DNA from: a virus
Lineage: Duplodnaviria > Heunggongvirae > Uroviricota > Caudoviricetes
Virus record (IMG/VR): IMGVR_UViG_3300028888_000043
Span: 233,756-297,755 of that record
Reading direction: 5' to 3' (one strand)
DNA: 64,000 nt
The notes beneath the pieces were generated by a model. The model worked only from the letters and a program-made list of their open reading frames with translations, ran no database searches and was not told the DNA's origin. Positions 38,385 to 47,534 of the stretch are shown here, one piece after another (position 1 is the stretch's first letter; every line of letters starts with the position of its first letter). The position numbers and the translations under genes are program-made.

Positions 38385-39173
38385 ATGATTTACATAAATG
38401 ATTTGAATTTACATAGTACATTTGAAGTTCCAGCAGGTAAAACTGATGAATCATTTGTCAATCTTTGTGAGGATGAAAATCATTTACATTATGTAAAGGA
38501 TATTGATAGTGAAGATACCAATACATATGAATTTGTTGATTTAGGACTTCCTTCTGGTAATTTATGGGCAGCAAAGAATGTAGGCGCTGTATCATCTGAA
38601 TTGGATGGGTGGTGGTTTTCCTGGGGTGAAACAGCGGAACAGCAGCCTCCTACTGGTAAGACAAATAATGTATATACCAAAACAAAGTACTTTGATAAGT
38701 CTGGATTGATATATGGTAACAGTGGAAAGTTCAAATTGGAACATGAACATGATGCTGCCAGGGTTAACTGTGGAGGATTATGGGAAATGCCTACTGCTGA
38801 AGACTTTGAGGAACTGATTGCATATACCACATCATCCAATAAGATTTTGAACAGTGATAATGGATATTATAGGACTTATACATCCACTGTGAATGGTAAT
38901 ACTATTAATTTTCCTTGTTCTGACTTCAAATATGACAGTATATATAAATACCATAGTAATAGTCCTTCATCCTGTGATATTATCTTGTTGACTTGTCAAA
39001 TAGATGGTTCACAGCCAGGAGCAAGCAATAACTATCCTTATGCATTCAGATTTGTACATTCGGATTCTCTTGGTAGAATTATAAAGAATACCAGTACAGA
39101 AAGATGGGATGGTATCAATGTGAGGGGTATTATACATAGAGTAAATACAAAGTCATTATTAAGAATAAGATAA
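38385..39173 (+). CDS. C-type-lectin-fold (Fib_succ_major/DUF1566-like) protein
   Basis: VDLGLPSGNLWAAKNVGA..FSWGE..DAA..GGLWEMPT..INVRGI. Confidence 0.75.
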   Translation: MIYINDLNLHSTFEVPAGKTDESFVNLCEDENHLHYVKDIDSEDTNTYEFVDLGLPSGNLWAAKNVGAVSSELDGWWFSWGETAEQQPPTGKTNNVYTKTKYFDKSGLIYGNSGKFKLEHEHDAARVNCGGLWEMPTAEDFEELIAYTTSSNKILNSDNGYYRTYTSTVNGNTINFPCSDFKYDSIYKYHSNSPSSCDIILLTCQIDGSQPGASNNYPYAFRFVHSDSLGRIIKNTSTERWDGINVRGIIHRVNTKSLLRIR

Positions 39174-39191
39174 AAAACAACACATAACAAA

Positions 39192-39338
39192 ATGAAATAC
39201 ATTAAGTTATTTGCTACAGTTAATGATGCTACTGCTTGGAGAGATGGTTCAGACCATATATTACCCAATGTATGCTTATGTATTGATCCCCAAGATGGAT
39301 TTTTTATATACAATTATCAATTTTGGGCAATAGCTTAA
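39192..39338 (+). CDS. 48-aa minigene resembling the N-terminal module of the lectin-fold proteins (not in ORF track)
   Basis: MKYIKLF..LPNVCLC resembles MKYFKY..TPNVTYC of the 50332 gene. Confidence 0.55.
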   Translation: MKYIKLFATVNDATAWRDGSDHILPNVCLCIDPQDGFFIYNYQFWAIA

Positions 39339-39451
39339 AATTCAAAATTGAATTTACATAAATAATTATAACAAATGAAAACTACTAATGTTAATAGAAG
39401 CAGAGAACATTAGTTGATTCAATAAATAAAATAAAAAATAAAATTAAAACT

Positions 39452-41188
39452 ATGTTACAGAATGTTATTTTGAACGAGGCTGAGGTTTTGAAAACTTGGT
39501 CAGGTTTTATTACTGAGTCAACTGGCGTTACTGATCGTGCTAAATTGACTTGGATGAGTAAGTACTGCGCTTATCATGATATGAATGAGAAGCAGGCTCT
39601 CAATGAGAGTGCTCTTGGATATGCACATCTCAATCCTAATATGAATGTTGGTGGTATGGGCGCTGCCTACTTCCCAGGAGCAAATCCTAACAATGGTTAT
39701 GATGGTGTTCGTGGTTCAGGTGATAACCCATTCTCACTCCTTCCTCTTGCTGTTCAGGTCGCTGCACAGACTATCGCTCTTGACCTTGTTCCAGTAGTTC
39801 CTATGCAGGGACCTCTCGGAATCCTCCAGTACATGGACTATGTATACGAAGGTGGTAAGACCAATTTCCGTCCTCGTTTCGAGGGTGCAGACGAGTCAAA
39901 GACTGCTCCTCTTATGGTTAAGTTGACCCTTTCAACAGGTGATGCTAACTCTGATAGCGACATTGAGAATGCTCTCAAGTCAGATGCAGCTCTTGTAAAT
40001 GAAGATGCTATCAACCACGCACTCCGTTTCAAGGATCTCAAAGAGGCTTTCGTTCCTCATATGGATGCTATCAAGATTGGTGATTTCGAGCTCCTCTTTG
40101 TTGCTCTTGGCCGTATCGATGGTCGTCCTATCTTCCAGGTTAAGGAGAAGGCTTATCATGGTGGTATTATGAACGGTGGTGAGGGTGCTGCTGCTTCCCT
40201 CGCAGAGACTCTTCTTGTTGACGAGCCTGTTATCACTGGTGCTAATGGCGCACAGTTCTATGTTGTTGACATTGACACTGTAAAGGCACTTGAGGACTTC
40301 ATCCCTGGTTTCAGTGGTGTTGGTTTCAAGAATGGTGACCCTATGTCAGCAAAGGCTTATGACAGAGAGACTGGTGAATCCACTCCTTCAAACATCATGT
40401 CACTCAACACCTTCACCCTCAGTGTGAAGGCTAAGACCATCCAGGTCAAGGGTGCTATCACCCGTGAGCAGATCCAGGACCTCAAGGCCTACGGTATCGA
40501 CGCTGTTGCACAGGTCGAGGCTGAGCTTGTCAATGAGTTGACACAGCACATCAACCGTGAGCTCCTTGATGAAATCTTCGCTCTTGGTGATCAGAACCAT
40601 GTTGAGGCAGAGGCATTCGAGGGTATCAACCTCAATACTTACTTTGTTGTTGATCCTGCTGCTGCTGACATCGAAGGTTATGTTAAGTCTTATGTTGGTG
40701 GTGGTGCTGAGACTCTTGGTACCATCCAGAGGAGAATCATGTCTAAGATTCTTGCAGCTTCCAACCTCATCGCTCAGAGAGGTCGTAGAGGTGCTGGTAC
40801 CTTCGCTGTTTGCTCAGCCGCTATCGCTACCGCTCTCCAGGATTGCGCTGGTTTCGTAGCATATCCTCTTTCAAATACCATCAACCAGAACGCTGGTAGC
40901 CTCTATCCAGTAGGTGCTATTTCAGGTGTTTCTATCTATGTTGATCCTAACATGCCTTGGGCTTCAACAAAGGTTGTTGTTGGTAGGAAGGGTAAGGACA
41001 ATGAGCCTGGTCTCGTATTCATGCCTTACTTGATGGCTGACAAGCTCTCATATCCAGCAGAGGGTATGGAAGGTGCTCCTGTTACTTCTTTGAAGTCACG
41101 TTATGCAATCGTCCGTGCAGGTCATCATCCTCAGCTTTACTACTACTCATTCGACATCAAGCTTGGTGAAGGTGTTAGCCTCTACTAA
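39452..41188 (+). CDS. Major capsid protein (T4 gp23-like)
   Basis: DLVPVVPMQGPLG, EQIQDLKAYGIDA..ELVNEL, RGRRGAGTF, VVGRKG, FMPY, KSRYA; strongly biased codon usage. Confidence 0.95.
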   Translation: MLQNVILNEAEVLKTWSGFITESTGVTDRAKLTWMSKYCAYHDMNEKQALNESALGYAHLNPNMNVGGMGAAYFPGANPNNGYDGVRGSGDNPFSLLPLAVQVAAQTIALDLVPVVPMQGPLGILQYMDYVYEGGKTNFRPRFEGADESKTAPLMVKLTLSTGDANSDSDIENALKSDAALVNEDAINHALRFKDLKEAFVPHMDAIKIGDFELLFVALGRIDGRPIFQVKEKAYHGGIMNGGEGAAASLAETLLVDEPVITGANGAQFYVVDIDTVKALEDFIPGFSGVGFKNGDPMSAKAYDRETGESTPSNIMSLNTFTLSVKAKTIQVKGAITREQIQDLKAYGIDAVAQVEAELVNELTQHINRELLDEIFALGDQNHVEAEAFEGINLNTYFVVDPAAADIEGYVKSYVGGGAETLGTIQRRIMSKILAASNLIAQRGRRGAGTFAVCSAAIATALQDCAGFVAYPLSNTINQNAGSLYPVGAISGVSIYVDPNMPWASTKVVVGRKGKDNEPGLVFMPYLMADKLSYPAEGMEGAPVTSLKSRYAIVRAGHHPQLYYYSFDIKLGEGVSLY

Positions 41189-41213
41189 TTTTTGAGTAAA
41201 AGTAGTAAAAAAA

Positions 41214-41246
41214 TAGAGAGAATCCTTCGGGGTTCTCTCTTTTTTT
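41214..41246 (+). terminator. UUCG-loop terminator after capsid gene
   Basis: AGAGAGAATCC-TTCG-GGGTTCTCTCT TTTTTT. Confidence 0.9.
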
Positions 41247-41278
41247 GTTATATTTGAAGTGTATAATAAGTTATATAT

Positions 41279-41446
41279 ATGAGCAAACAGGAAATAAACA
41301 TTGGAGACCTGGTGTCACTACCTATGTATATGGATGACCTGACCTATGTGGTTGAAGACATCAGAATGGATGATGATGGTGTTACAAGACTCTATAAGCT
41401 GGATGATACTATCTGGTATGAAGAGAAGTATCTGATGAAACAATAA
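41279..41446 (+). CDS. Small hypothetical protein (55 aa, not in ORF track)
   Basis: MSKQEINIGDLVSLP.. directly after the TTTGTTATATTT motif. Confidence 0.6.
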   Translation: MSKQEINIGDLVSLPMYMDDLTYVVEDIRMDDDGVTRLYKLDDTIWYEEKYLMKQ

Positions 41447-41458
41447 GATGAAATAGTT

Positions 41459-42220
41459 ATGAGCAAACCAATTGTATTTTTTGATTTGGAGACTACCGGT
41501 AAGTCACAGAATCCAGATGATGTCAGAATTATTGAGATTTCTGCTGTTAAGGTGAAACCGGAGAATCTTGAAATTATTGACAAGTTATATTTCAAGTGTA
41601 ACAATGATGGTGTTCCCATTCAGCCAGATGCAACAGAAAGACATGGTATGGTTGAGGCAGACTTGGTTGGATTCCCTCCATTCAGGGATGTTGCCAAGAA
41701 ATCATTTGAATTCTTTGATGGATGTGATGTAGGTGGTTATTACTGTACAGTATTTGACATTCCTATCCTGTATTACTCTTTTATCAGATCTGGTATCACT
41801 TGGAACTATAAGGTTGTCAATAACTATGACATCTATACCCTTTACAGGAAGTATAATTCTGGTAAGTTAGGTGATGTGTACAAGAAATTTACAGGAAAAG
41901 ACCTGAATGATGCCCACCATGCCACTGCTGATATTGAGGCGACATTGGAGATTTACAGGATCATGAGGGAAAGGGATGAAGAATTTGAGGCAGCAGACCT
42001 CAACACATTCTCTGAAAATCTGGATATGCCAGGGAACTTCAAGATTAGAATCCTGGAATCTGGTGCGAAGGAGATTTATGTGGACTTTGGAAAGTGGAAG
42101 GGTTCAAATATAGACAAGGTTGACAAGTCCTATTTCAAATGGATGATGGACAATGAGACTTTCCCTGTTGACACCAGGCACTATGCCAAAATGATTTATG
42201 AACGGAAGGAGAAGAAATAA
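41459..42220 (+). CDS. DEDDh 3'-5' exonuclease (DnaQ-like)
   Basis: FFDLETTG, HG, FDIPIL, AHHATADIEAT, C-terminal DFGKWKG. Confidence 0.9.
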   Translation: MSKPIVFFDLETTGKSQNPDDVRIIEISAVKVKPENLEIIDKLYFKCNNDGVPIQPDATERHGMVEADLVGFPPFRDVAKKSFEFFDGCDVGGYYCTVFDIPILYYSFIRSGITWNYKVVNNYDIYTLYRKYNSGKLGDVYKKFTGKDLNDAHHATADIEATLEIYRIMRERDEEFEAADLNTFSENLDMPGNFKIRILESGAKEIYVDFGKWKGSNIDKVDKSYFKWMMDNETFPVDTRHYAKMIYERKEKK

Positions 42221-42222
42221 AT

Positions 42223-42900
42223 ATGGCAGTTATATATCCTTGGTATCTGTTCAATCATGATAATGAATATTATGACCGTCTGAACAAACTTCAGGCGGAA
42301 GATGCCAATAGAAGGTTCTTCCAGAGAATCCGTGAAGTCCTACCAAAGAAAATAGAAGAATCTGGATTGTTCAATGTTCTTCCAATAAATTCTATGGATG
42401 ATGGATTTTCTGCTTATATCTCTCTTAAAAAGTATCCAAATGTAATAGGTATGGTCTCTATGACTCCGCAAATGGAAAAATACAACATAGAGTTTCAATG
42501 TTACATACAGGAACATAAATGGTCAAAGGTAATCATATCTGATTTACAGTTCTTTGAACTGGTCAAGTTTGACATTAATCCTGAACCGGAGAGAAAGTCT
42601 TTGTTCTTTAATAAAAATGTGAAGGAAAAACTGAGAACCTTTACAGAGAAGGAATTCTATTATCTGATTGAGACTAATATGAAGATTATGAAATGTAATC
42701 TTGTACCTGGTAAATTCAGATATGTGGAAGACAAGTACACTGCTGACTGGGATGAAGAAGAGGTTAAGAAATATATACAATACCCAGAATATGTAATATA
42801 TTCTGTGAAGGATGGTTTGATCATGTCAAACACTATCAAACCTAATTTTATGCAGAGGAAGTTGATGTATATGATGTCACAAAAAAATGGAGAGATTTGA
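42223..42900 (+). CDS. Hypothetical protein
   Basis: 225-aa ORF in operon context, followed by bidirectional terminator at about 42882-42916. Confidence 0.65.
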   Translation: MAVIYPWYLFNHDNEYYDRLNKLQAEDANRRFFQRIREVLPKKIEESGLFNVLPINSMDDGFSAYISLKKYPNVIGMVSMTPQMEKYNIEFQCYIQEHKWSKVIISDLQFFELVKFDINPEPERKSLFFNKNVKEKLRTFTEKEFYYLIETNMKIMKCNLVPGKFRYVEDKYTADWDEEEVKKYIQYPEYVIYSVKDGLIMSNTIKPNFMQRKLMYMMSQKNGEI

Positions 42901-42916
42901 TATCTCTCCATTTTTG

Positions 42917-43120
42917 TTAAATCATTGTACCGTGTTGACCGGTAGTTTCTGGATTGGATTGAACTCTTCCAAGTTTGTATCTTGATTTAGCCTGTTCATC
43001 CTTTTTATCATAGAACTTCTTGGTCTTTTCTACTGTCCTGAGAAAATCCCATCTATGTTCTGTGATGACAAATCTTGAATCATATTCAAAATTTTCCAAA
43101 TCTTTTCTGAAACTGCTCAT
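42917..43120 (-). CDS. Hypothetical protein
   Basis: 67-aa ORF, last gene of minus-strand unit. Confidence 0.55.
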   Translation of the reverse strand: MSSFRKDLENFEYDSRFVITEHRWDFLRTVEKTKKFYDKKDEQAKSRYKLGRVQSNPETTGQHGTMI

Positions 43121-43139
43121 ATCTGTTGTTTTTGTTATG

Positions 43140-43643
43140 TTATTTTTTCACAATCTTGTCAGGGAATGAGGCGAAACAACTTCCATCTGCCTTTCCTTTC
43201 CAGGAACACTCGAATCCCGCCCATGCCACATATGCCTTCATCTCTTCAAAGATTTTATTGGAGTGGTTTTTCTCCTTTTCACCAGGATCCTGATTGATAT
43301 CCATTTCAACCAAATCTACCTGAATTCCATTGTTCTGTAACTCCTTTGCCACTTCACAGGATTCATAAACCTCTTGGCGGAGTCTGTTCTGTTCCTGTGT
43401 TTCATCATACTCTGGAACTTCCCATCTTCTCCAAATACAATGTGCCCCATGTCCATGCTCTCCATCACCTTTATCATACATAATGACAGCAGTACAGAAA
43501 ATAGTCTTACCTGCTCTGTTCTGTGAGTCTGTCGTCACGACGACTTCAATGTTGGAATGGTTCTGTACATAATCTTTCACATACTGCACGATGTCCTGAA
43601 TTTTCTGGCCGCCTGTTTTTCTGAAATCAATAATTCCAACCAT
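43140..43643 (-). CDS. YkuK-like RNase H-fold protein (DUF458)
   Basis: TTDSQ..TAVI..GAH, RLRQEVYESCEVA, EMDIN. Confidence 0.75.
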   Translation of the reverse strand: MVGIIDFRKTGGQKIQDIVQYVKDYVQNHSNIEVVVTTDSQNRAGKTIFCTAVIMYDKGDGEHGHGAHCIWRRWEVPEYDETQEQNRLRQEVYESCEVAKELQNNGIQVDLVEMDINQDPGEKEKNHSNKIFEEMKAYVAWAGFECSWKGKADGSCFASFPDKIVKK

Positions 43644-43697
43644 TACTCAATAGTATTAAAATAATTAAACAATCATTATAAAAATACCAAAAAAAGT

Positions 43698-45776
43698 TTA
43701 ATCTTCAAACTCTTCCTTCCATTCTATGACAGACTGTGGTACTCCATCATGGAACATACTTACTATTGAGTTGTCTTTTACAATTACAATATCCTCACCT
43801 TCAACAATATAGAAACCATTTCTTACTCCGGTGTCATTTATTGTAGATACAAATTCTTCTAATGTGTTATTCTTATATGTATCACTGATGACTGTGGCAT
43901 CTTTCAATCCCCTGTAATCTTCTACCTGTAAGAAGTCCCTGTAAACAATGTCCCTTCTCATATAGGTACTGGCAGCATCATCCTTTCTCAAATAGGTGTC
44001 TTCTGCATCATCTTTTGCGAGGAAGATTGAATCAACAGTTGTCTTGTCATAAACTGAACTTTTCTTTGCATATGAATTAAGTTCAGACCTCTTCACATAA
44101 CCTGAAAGGGTCGAATTGATTTCAGACTTCTTTGGATAATCTGCAAGGTCAATACCTTCCGTGAGGAATCCCTGTGCTAAAACCCATTCCTGTGTAGCAT
44201 AATCATCAAGGATAGGAAGGTCAGTCTTCTTGGCATATTTGGTCAATGACTGATGAGTTGTAAGATAATTCTGTTCTCTCACCCAATCCTGTGTAGCAAG
44301 ACCTTCAATGGAAGGAATAACAATGTCATCCTTTCTCACATACTCATCCATATCAGGAAGGTCAGTCTTCTTGGCATATTTGGTCAATGACTGATGAGTT
44401 GTCAAATAATTCTGACTTCTTACCCAGTCCTGTGATGCCAGACCATCTACTGAAGGAACATCAAGTTCATCTTTCCTGATGTATTCATCCATATTTGGGA
44501 GATCAGTCTTTTTAGCATACTTGGTGAGCTGCTGATGTTGTGTAAGGAATCCTTGTTCCATAACCCAATCCTTTGATGCCAGACCATCTACTGAAGGAAT
44601 GTCAAGTTCATCTCTTCTGATATAATCTTCCATATCAGGAAGTTCAGACTTCTTGGCATAACCTTTCAAGGATTGATGCTGTGTGAGATAACCCTTACCT
44701 TCAACCCATTCCTTGGTTGCAATTGAATCTGAAAGTTGTGTATCAATGTCATCAACCTTAACAAACTGATCAAAATCAGGAAGTTCAGATTTTCTGACAT
44801 AACTCTTTAATGACTGGTGTTGTGTGAGGTAACCCTGGTTTCTTACCCAATCCTGTGATGCAAGATCATCAAGTGAAGGGATATTGATTTCATCCCTTGT
44901 CACAAAGTTAGATGTGTCAGGGAGTTCAGACTTCTTGACATAACTCTTCAAGGACTGATGCTGTGTAAGGAATCCTCTTGAATTGACCCAATCCTGTGTG
45001 GCAAGACCATCAAGTGACTGTGAAGGGATTTCAGACTTCTTTACAAATTCAGATACATCAGGGATGTCAGTCTTCTTGGCATATCCCTTCAATGACTGGT
45101 GTTGTGTGAGATAACCCTTACCTTCTACCCATTCCTTGGTTGCCAATGAATCCGACAACTGTGTGTCAATGTCATCAAGTTTCACGAACTGACTGAAATC
45201 AGGTAGTTCTGCTTTCTTCACATAACCCTTCAATGACTGATGCTGTGTGAGATAGTTGGCATCATTGGCAAGTTCTGAAACCTTTGTTGGAATGGAATCC
45301 TTGGTTGCAAAATTTGAAGTATCAATATCAATACTTATGTTGTTGATGCTGTTTGCAACCTCATTGATTCTGTCAGAAAGACCCCTTACATCAGACTTTT
45401 TGGCAAATGCACCCGCCTGTGCTGTAGTGACATAACCTGATTCTACATCAGAAAGTCTGTCCTTGATGGCAACAATTTCACCTTTGATACTGATAATATC
45501 ATTGTTGAGTCTACCAATGGCTTCTTCATCATATGATTTGTTCACTGTATCCAGGACCACAAGATTGGCCTTCTTGATGAGAGCATTCACCTCATTCTTT
45601 GAAAGATATGAATGGTCTTTCAGCCAGGTATCAAGTGTTGCCGTGGAAATATATCCGACATCATTCTTGAATGAACTGAGATTTTTTGGCAGTTCGCTTC
45701 TCTTCAAGTAGATATCTGATTCAGACTTCACTACTGTGGATACGGTTGTGTTTTGTGATGTGTTATTACTAATCAT
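43698..45776 (-). CDS. Repeat-containing fibre-like virion protein
   Basis: Eight YLTQHQSLxxYxKKxxLP..LA(T/S)xxWV units; late promoter 45798. Confidence 0.7.
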   Translation of the reverse strand: MISNNTSQNTTVSTVVKSESDIYLKRSELPKNLSSFKNDVGYISTATLDTWLKDHSYLSKNEVNALIKKANLVVLDTVNKSYDEEAIGRLNNDIISIKGEIVAIKDRLSDVESGYVTTAQAGAFAKKSDVRGLSDRINEVANSINNISIDIDTSNFATKDSIPTKVSELANDANYLTQHQSLKGYVKKAELPDFSQFVKLDDIDTQLSDSLATKEWVEGKGYLTQHQSLKGYAKKTDIPDVSEFVKKSEIPSQSLDGLATQDWVNSRGFLTQHQSLKSYVKKSELPDTSNFVTRDEINIPSLDDLASQDWVRNQGYLTQHQSLKSYVRKSELPDFDQFVKVDDIDTQLSDSIATKEWVEGKGYLTQHQSLKGYAKKSELPDMEDYIRRDELDIPSVDGLASKDWVMEQGFLTQHQQLTKYAKKTDLPNMDEYIRKDELDVPSVDGLASQDWVRSQNYLTTHQSLTKYAKKTDLPDMDEYVRKDDIVIPSIEGLATQDWVREQNYLTTHQSLTKYAKKTDLPILDDYATQEWVLAQGFLTEGIDLADYPKKSEINSTLSGYVKRSELNSYAKKSSVYDKTTVDSIFLAKDDAEDTYLRKDDAASTYMRRDIVYRDFLQVEDYRGLKDATVISDTYKNNTLEEFVSTINDTGVRNGFYIVEGEDIVIVKDNSIVSMFHDGVPQSVIEWKEEFED
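44150..45260 (-). repeat. Tandem coding repeats of about 47-51 aa
   Basis: Recurring (Y/F)LT(Q/T)HQ(S/Q)L motif, also visible at DNA level. Confidence 0.9.
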
Positions 45777-45845
45777 ATACCATTTCCTTATTTATAGTAT
45801 TTATGGAAATTTTGTTATATTTTAAGTATAACAAATTTAATTGAT

Positions 45846-46223
45846 ATGATGGAATTACAAGAAAGAATCAATGTTCTTTTCCAGGGTGCTGAATTGGCCC
45901 AGAAGGCAGGTGCTTTGACAATTGATGAGGCATATGTCACCAAGAAAGCAATGGATGCTCTCAAAAACGGTATTGCTTACAAGGAGGCATTCTCAATCCT
46001 CATCCAGATTGCAGAGAAAGGTCAGAAGGCTGGTGTCTATACATTGAAGGATGCCCATCTTCTTTATGCTGCGGCAGAAGGATATGAGAGAGTCATTCCT
46101 ATTGAGCAGCCTGCACCACAGCCCGCACCTGTTTCACAGGAAGGTCCTACCGGTCCAACTGGCGGTCCCGGGGATCCGGGAGTCAAAACTGCCAAGGTCA
46201 AAAAAACAAAAGAGAGCAATTAA
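45846..46223 (+). CDS. Hypothetical protein with internal duplication
   Basis: AELAQKAGALTIDEA / AEKGQKAGVYTLKDA, Pro/Gly tail. Confidence 0.7.
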   Translation: MMELQERINVLFQGAELAQKAGALTIDEAYVTKKAMDALKNGIAYKEAFSILIQIAEKGQKAGVYTLKDAHLLYAAAEGYERVIPIEQPAPQPAPVSQEGPTGPTGGPGDPGVKTAKVKKTKESN

Positions 46224-46237
46224 GCTCTCTTTTTTGT

Positions 46238-47533
46238 TTATTCCTCATTGTCAAGTTTCAAACTCTTCAATTTATCATTGTAGTTCTTGTCAGCTGTCTC
46301 TTTCAGTTTCTTTGCTTCTGAAACAATCTTGTTGAGAAGAGTCTTTGAACTTGTCTTGAAGTTGTCAGGAAGTTTGATGACCTTTCCTTTTTCATCCTTC
46401 AACTGACCATCTGTTATAATCTTTATGATGTCTGTGAAGTAGTTTCCAGCCTTATCACCAGTCTCGTCATTGAGAGGAAGATTATAACTGACTGTTCCAT
46501 CAGAGATGACAGCACATTTTGCCATCAAAGGAAGTGACTTACCATAATCTGAATCATTGAACACACAGTTCTTGATGAAAGCACTGACAGCGATACACAT
46601 TGCCTGTACTGACTGACCTGGTGTCTCATTGAATTTCTCCATCACATCATTGGCCTTGAGTGCAGTATAGAAAGAATCAATCAACTTATATGTTGTCTTG
46701 AATTCCTTTGAATCAAGGTCAACATCCTTGAAGATAGACTTGAATCCAAGCATTTCATCATTCTTGATGAGATTTGACTTGTCATCTTTCTCCCTTCTAA
46801 TCTTGTCAAATTCACCACAGAGATTCTGGATGGCCTTGTCACCAAGAAGATTGTCAGGTTTCATAGGGGATGCTTCCACATCAGAAATCAGTCTTTCCCT
46901 TTCTTTCTGAATTTCATTGAGCTGGTCATTCTGGAACTTCTCCATCTGCTTGTTTATGTCTTCCTGTTTCTTGAGTTCCTCCTTGTTCTGTTTTTCAAGT
47001 TCCTTCCTGACTTCCTCATCCTTGATGTCAGCAAGGATAGACCTGTTGATGACAGTCTTCATATCCTTCAACAGGGTGTCAGCCCATTTCTTCATCTGTT
47101 CATCATCACCGCAGATGGAATTGATTTTCTCCTTGGCTGCTTCAAGATTTTCCCTCAATGTGTCATCCTTGAATTTCATACCCTTGGCAGGAATGGGGTC
47201 TGTTTCATCCCTCTTGGCATCATTCATTTTCTTCTCATACCAGTCGGAAGCAAAATCCACCAACTCCTGGCGGATCTGGTTACACTGACTCTTCTTGCTC
47301 AATTTCATTGTGGAGAATCCTGTAAGGGAATCATCAATCTCCTTGTACACCCTGATGACCTCCGGGTCACCCTTGATGGTTTCCCAGTCTTTCTTGAAAA
47401 GATTCTTGGCCATACCAAAGAGTGTTTTGAGGAGACCTTCATTCAATGATACCAGTTCCTCATATTCTTTCTGTTCCAACATAGGAGTATAAACCTCCCT
47501 AATGAAATCATCTCTTTTAAGTATTTTGTCCAT
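46238..47533 (-). CDS. Helical late protein, putative internal head protein
   Basis: N-terminus MDKILKRDDFIRE..SLNEG; downstream of late promoter 49221. Confidence 0.55.
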   Translation of the reverse strand: MDKILKRDDFIREVYTPMLEQKEYEELVSLNEGLLKTLFGMAKNLFKKDWETIKGDPEVIRVYKEIDDSLTGFSTMKLSKKSQCNQIRQELVDFASDWYEKKMNDAKRDETDPIPAKGMKFKDDTLRENLEAAKEKINSICGDDEQMKKWADTLLKDMKTVINRSILADIKDEEVRKELEKQNKEELKKQEDINKQMEKFQNDQLNEIQKERERLISDVEASPMKPDNLLGDKAIQNLCGEFDKIRREKDDKSNLIKNDEMLGFKSIFKDVDLDSKEFKTTYKLIDSFYTALKANDVMEKFNETPGQSVQAMCIAVSAFIKNCVFNDSDYGKSLPLMAKCAVISDGTVSYNLPLNDETGDKAGNYFTDIIKIITDGQLKDEKGKVIKLPDNFKTSSKTLLNKIVSEAKKLKETADKNYNDKLKSLKLDNEE

Positions 47534-47534
47534 A

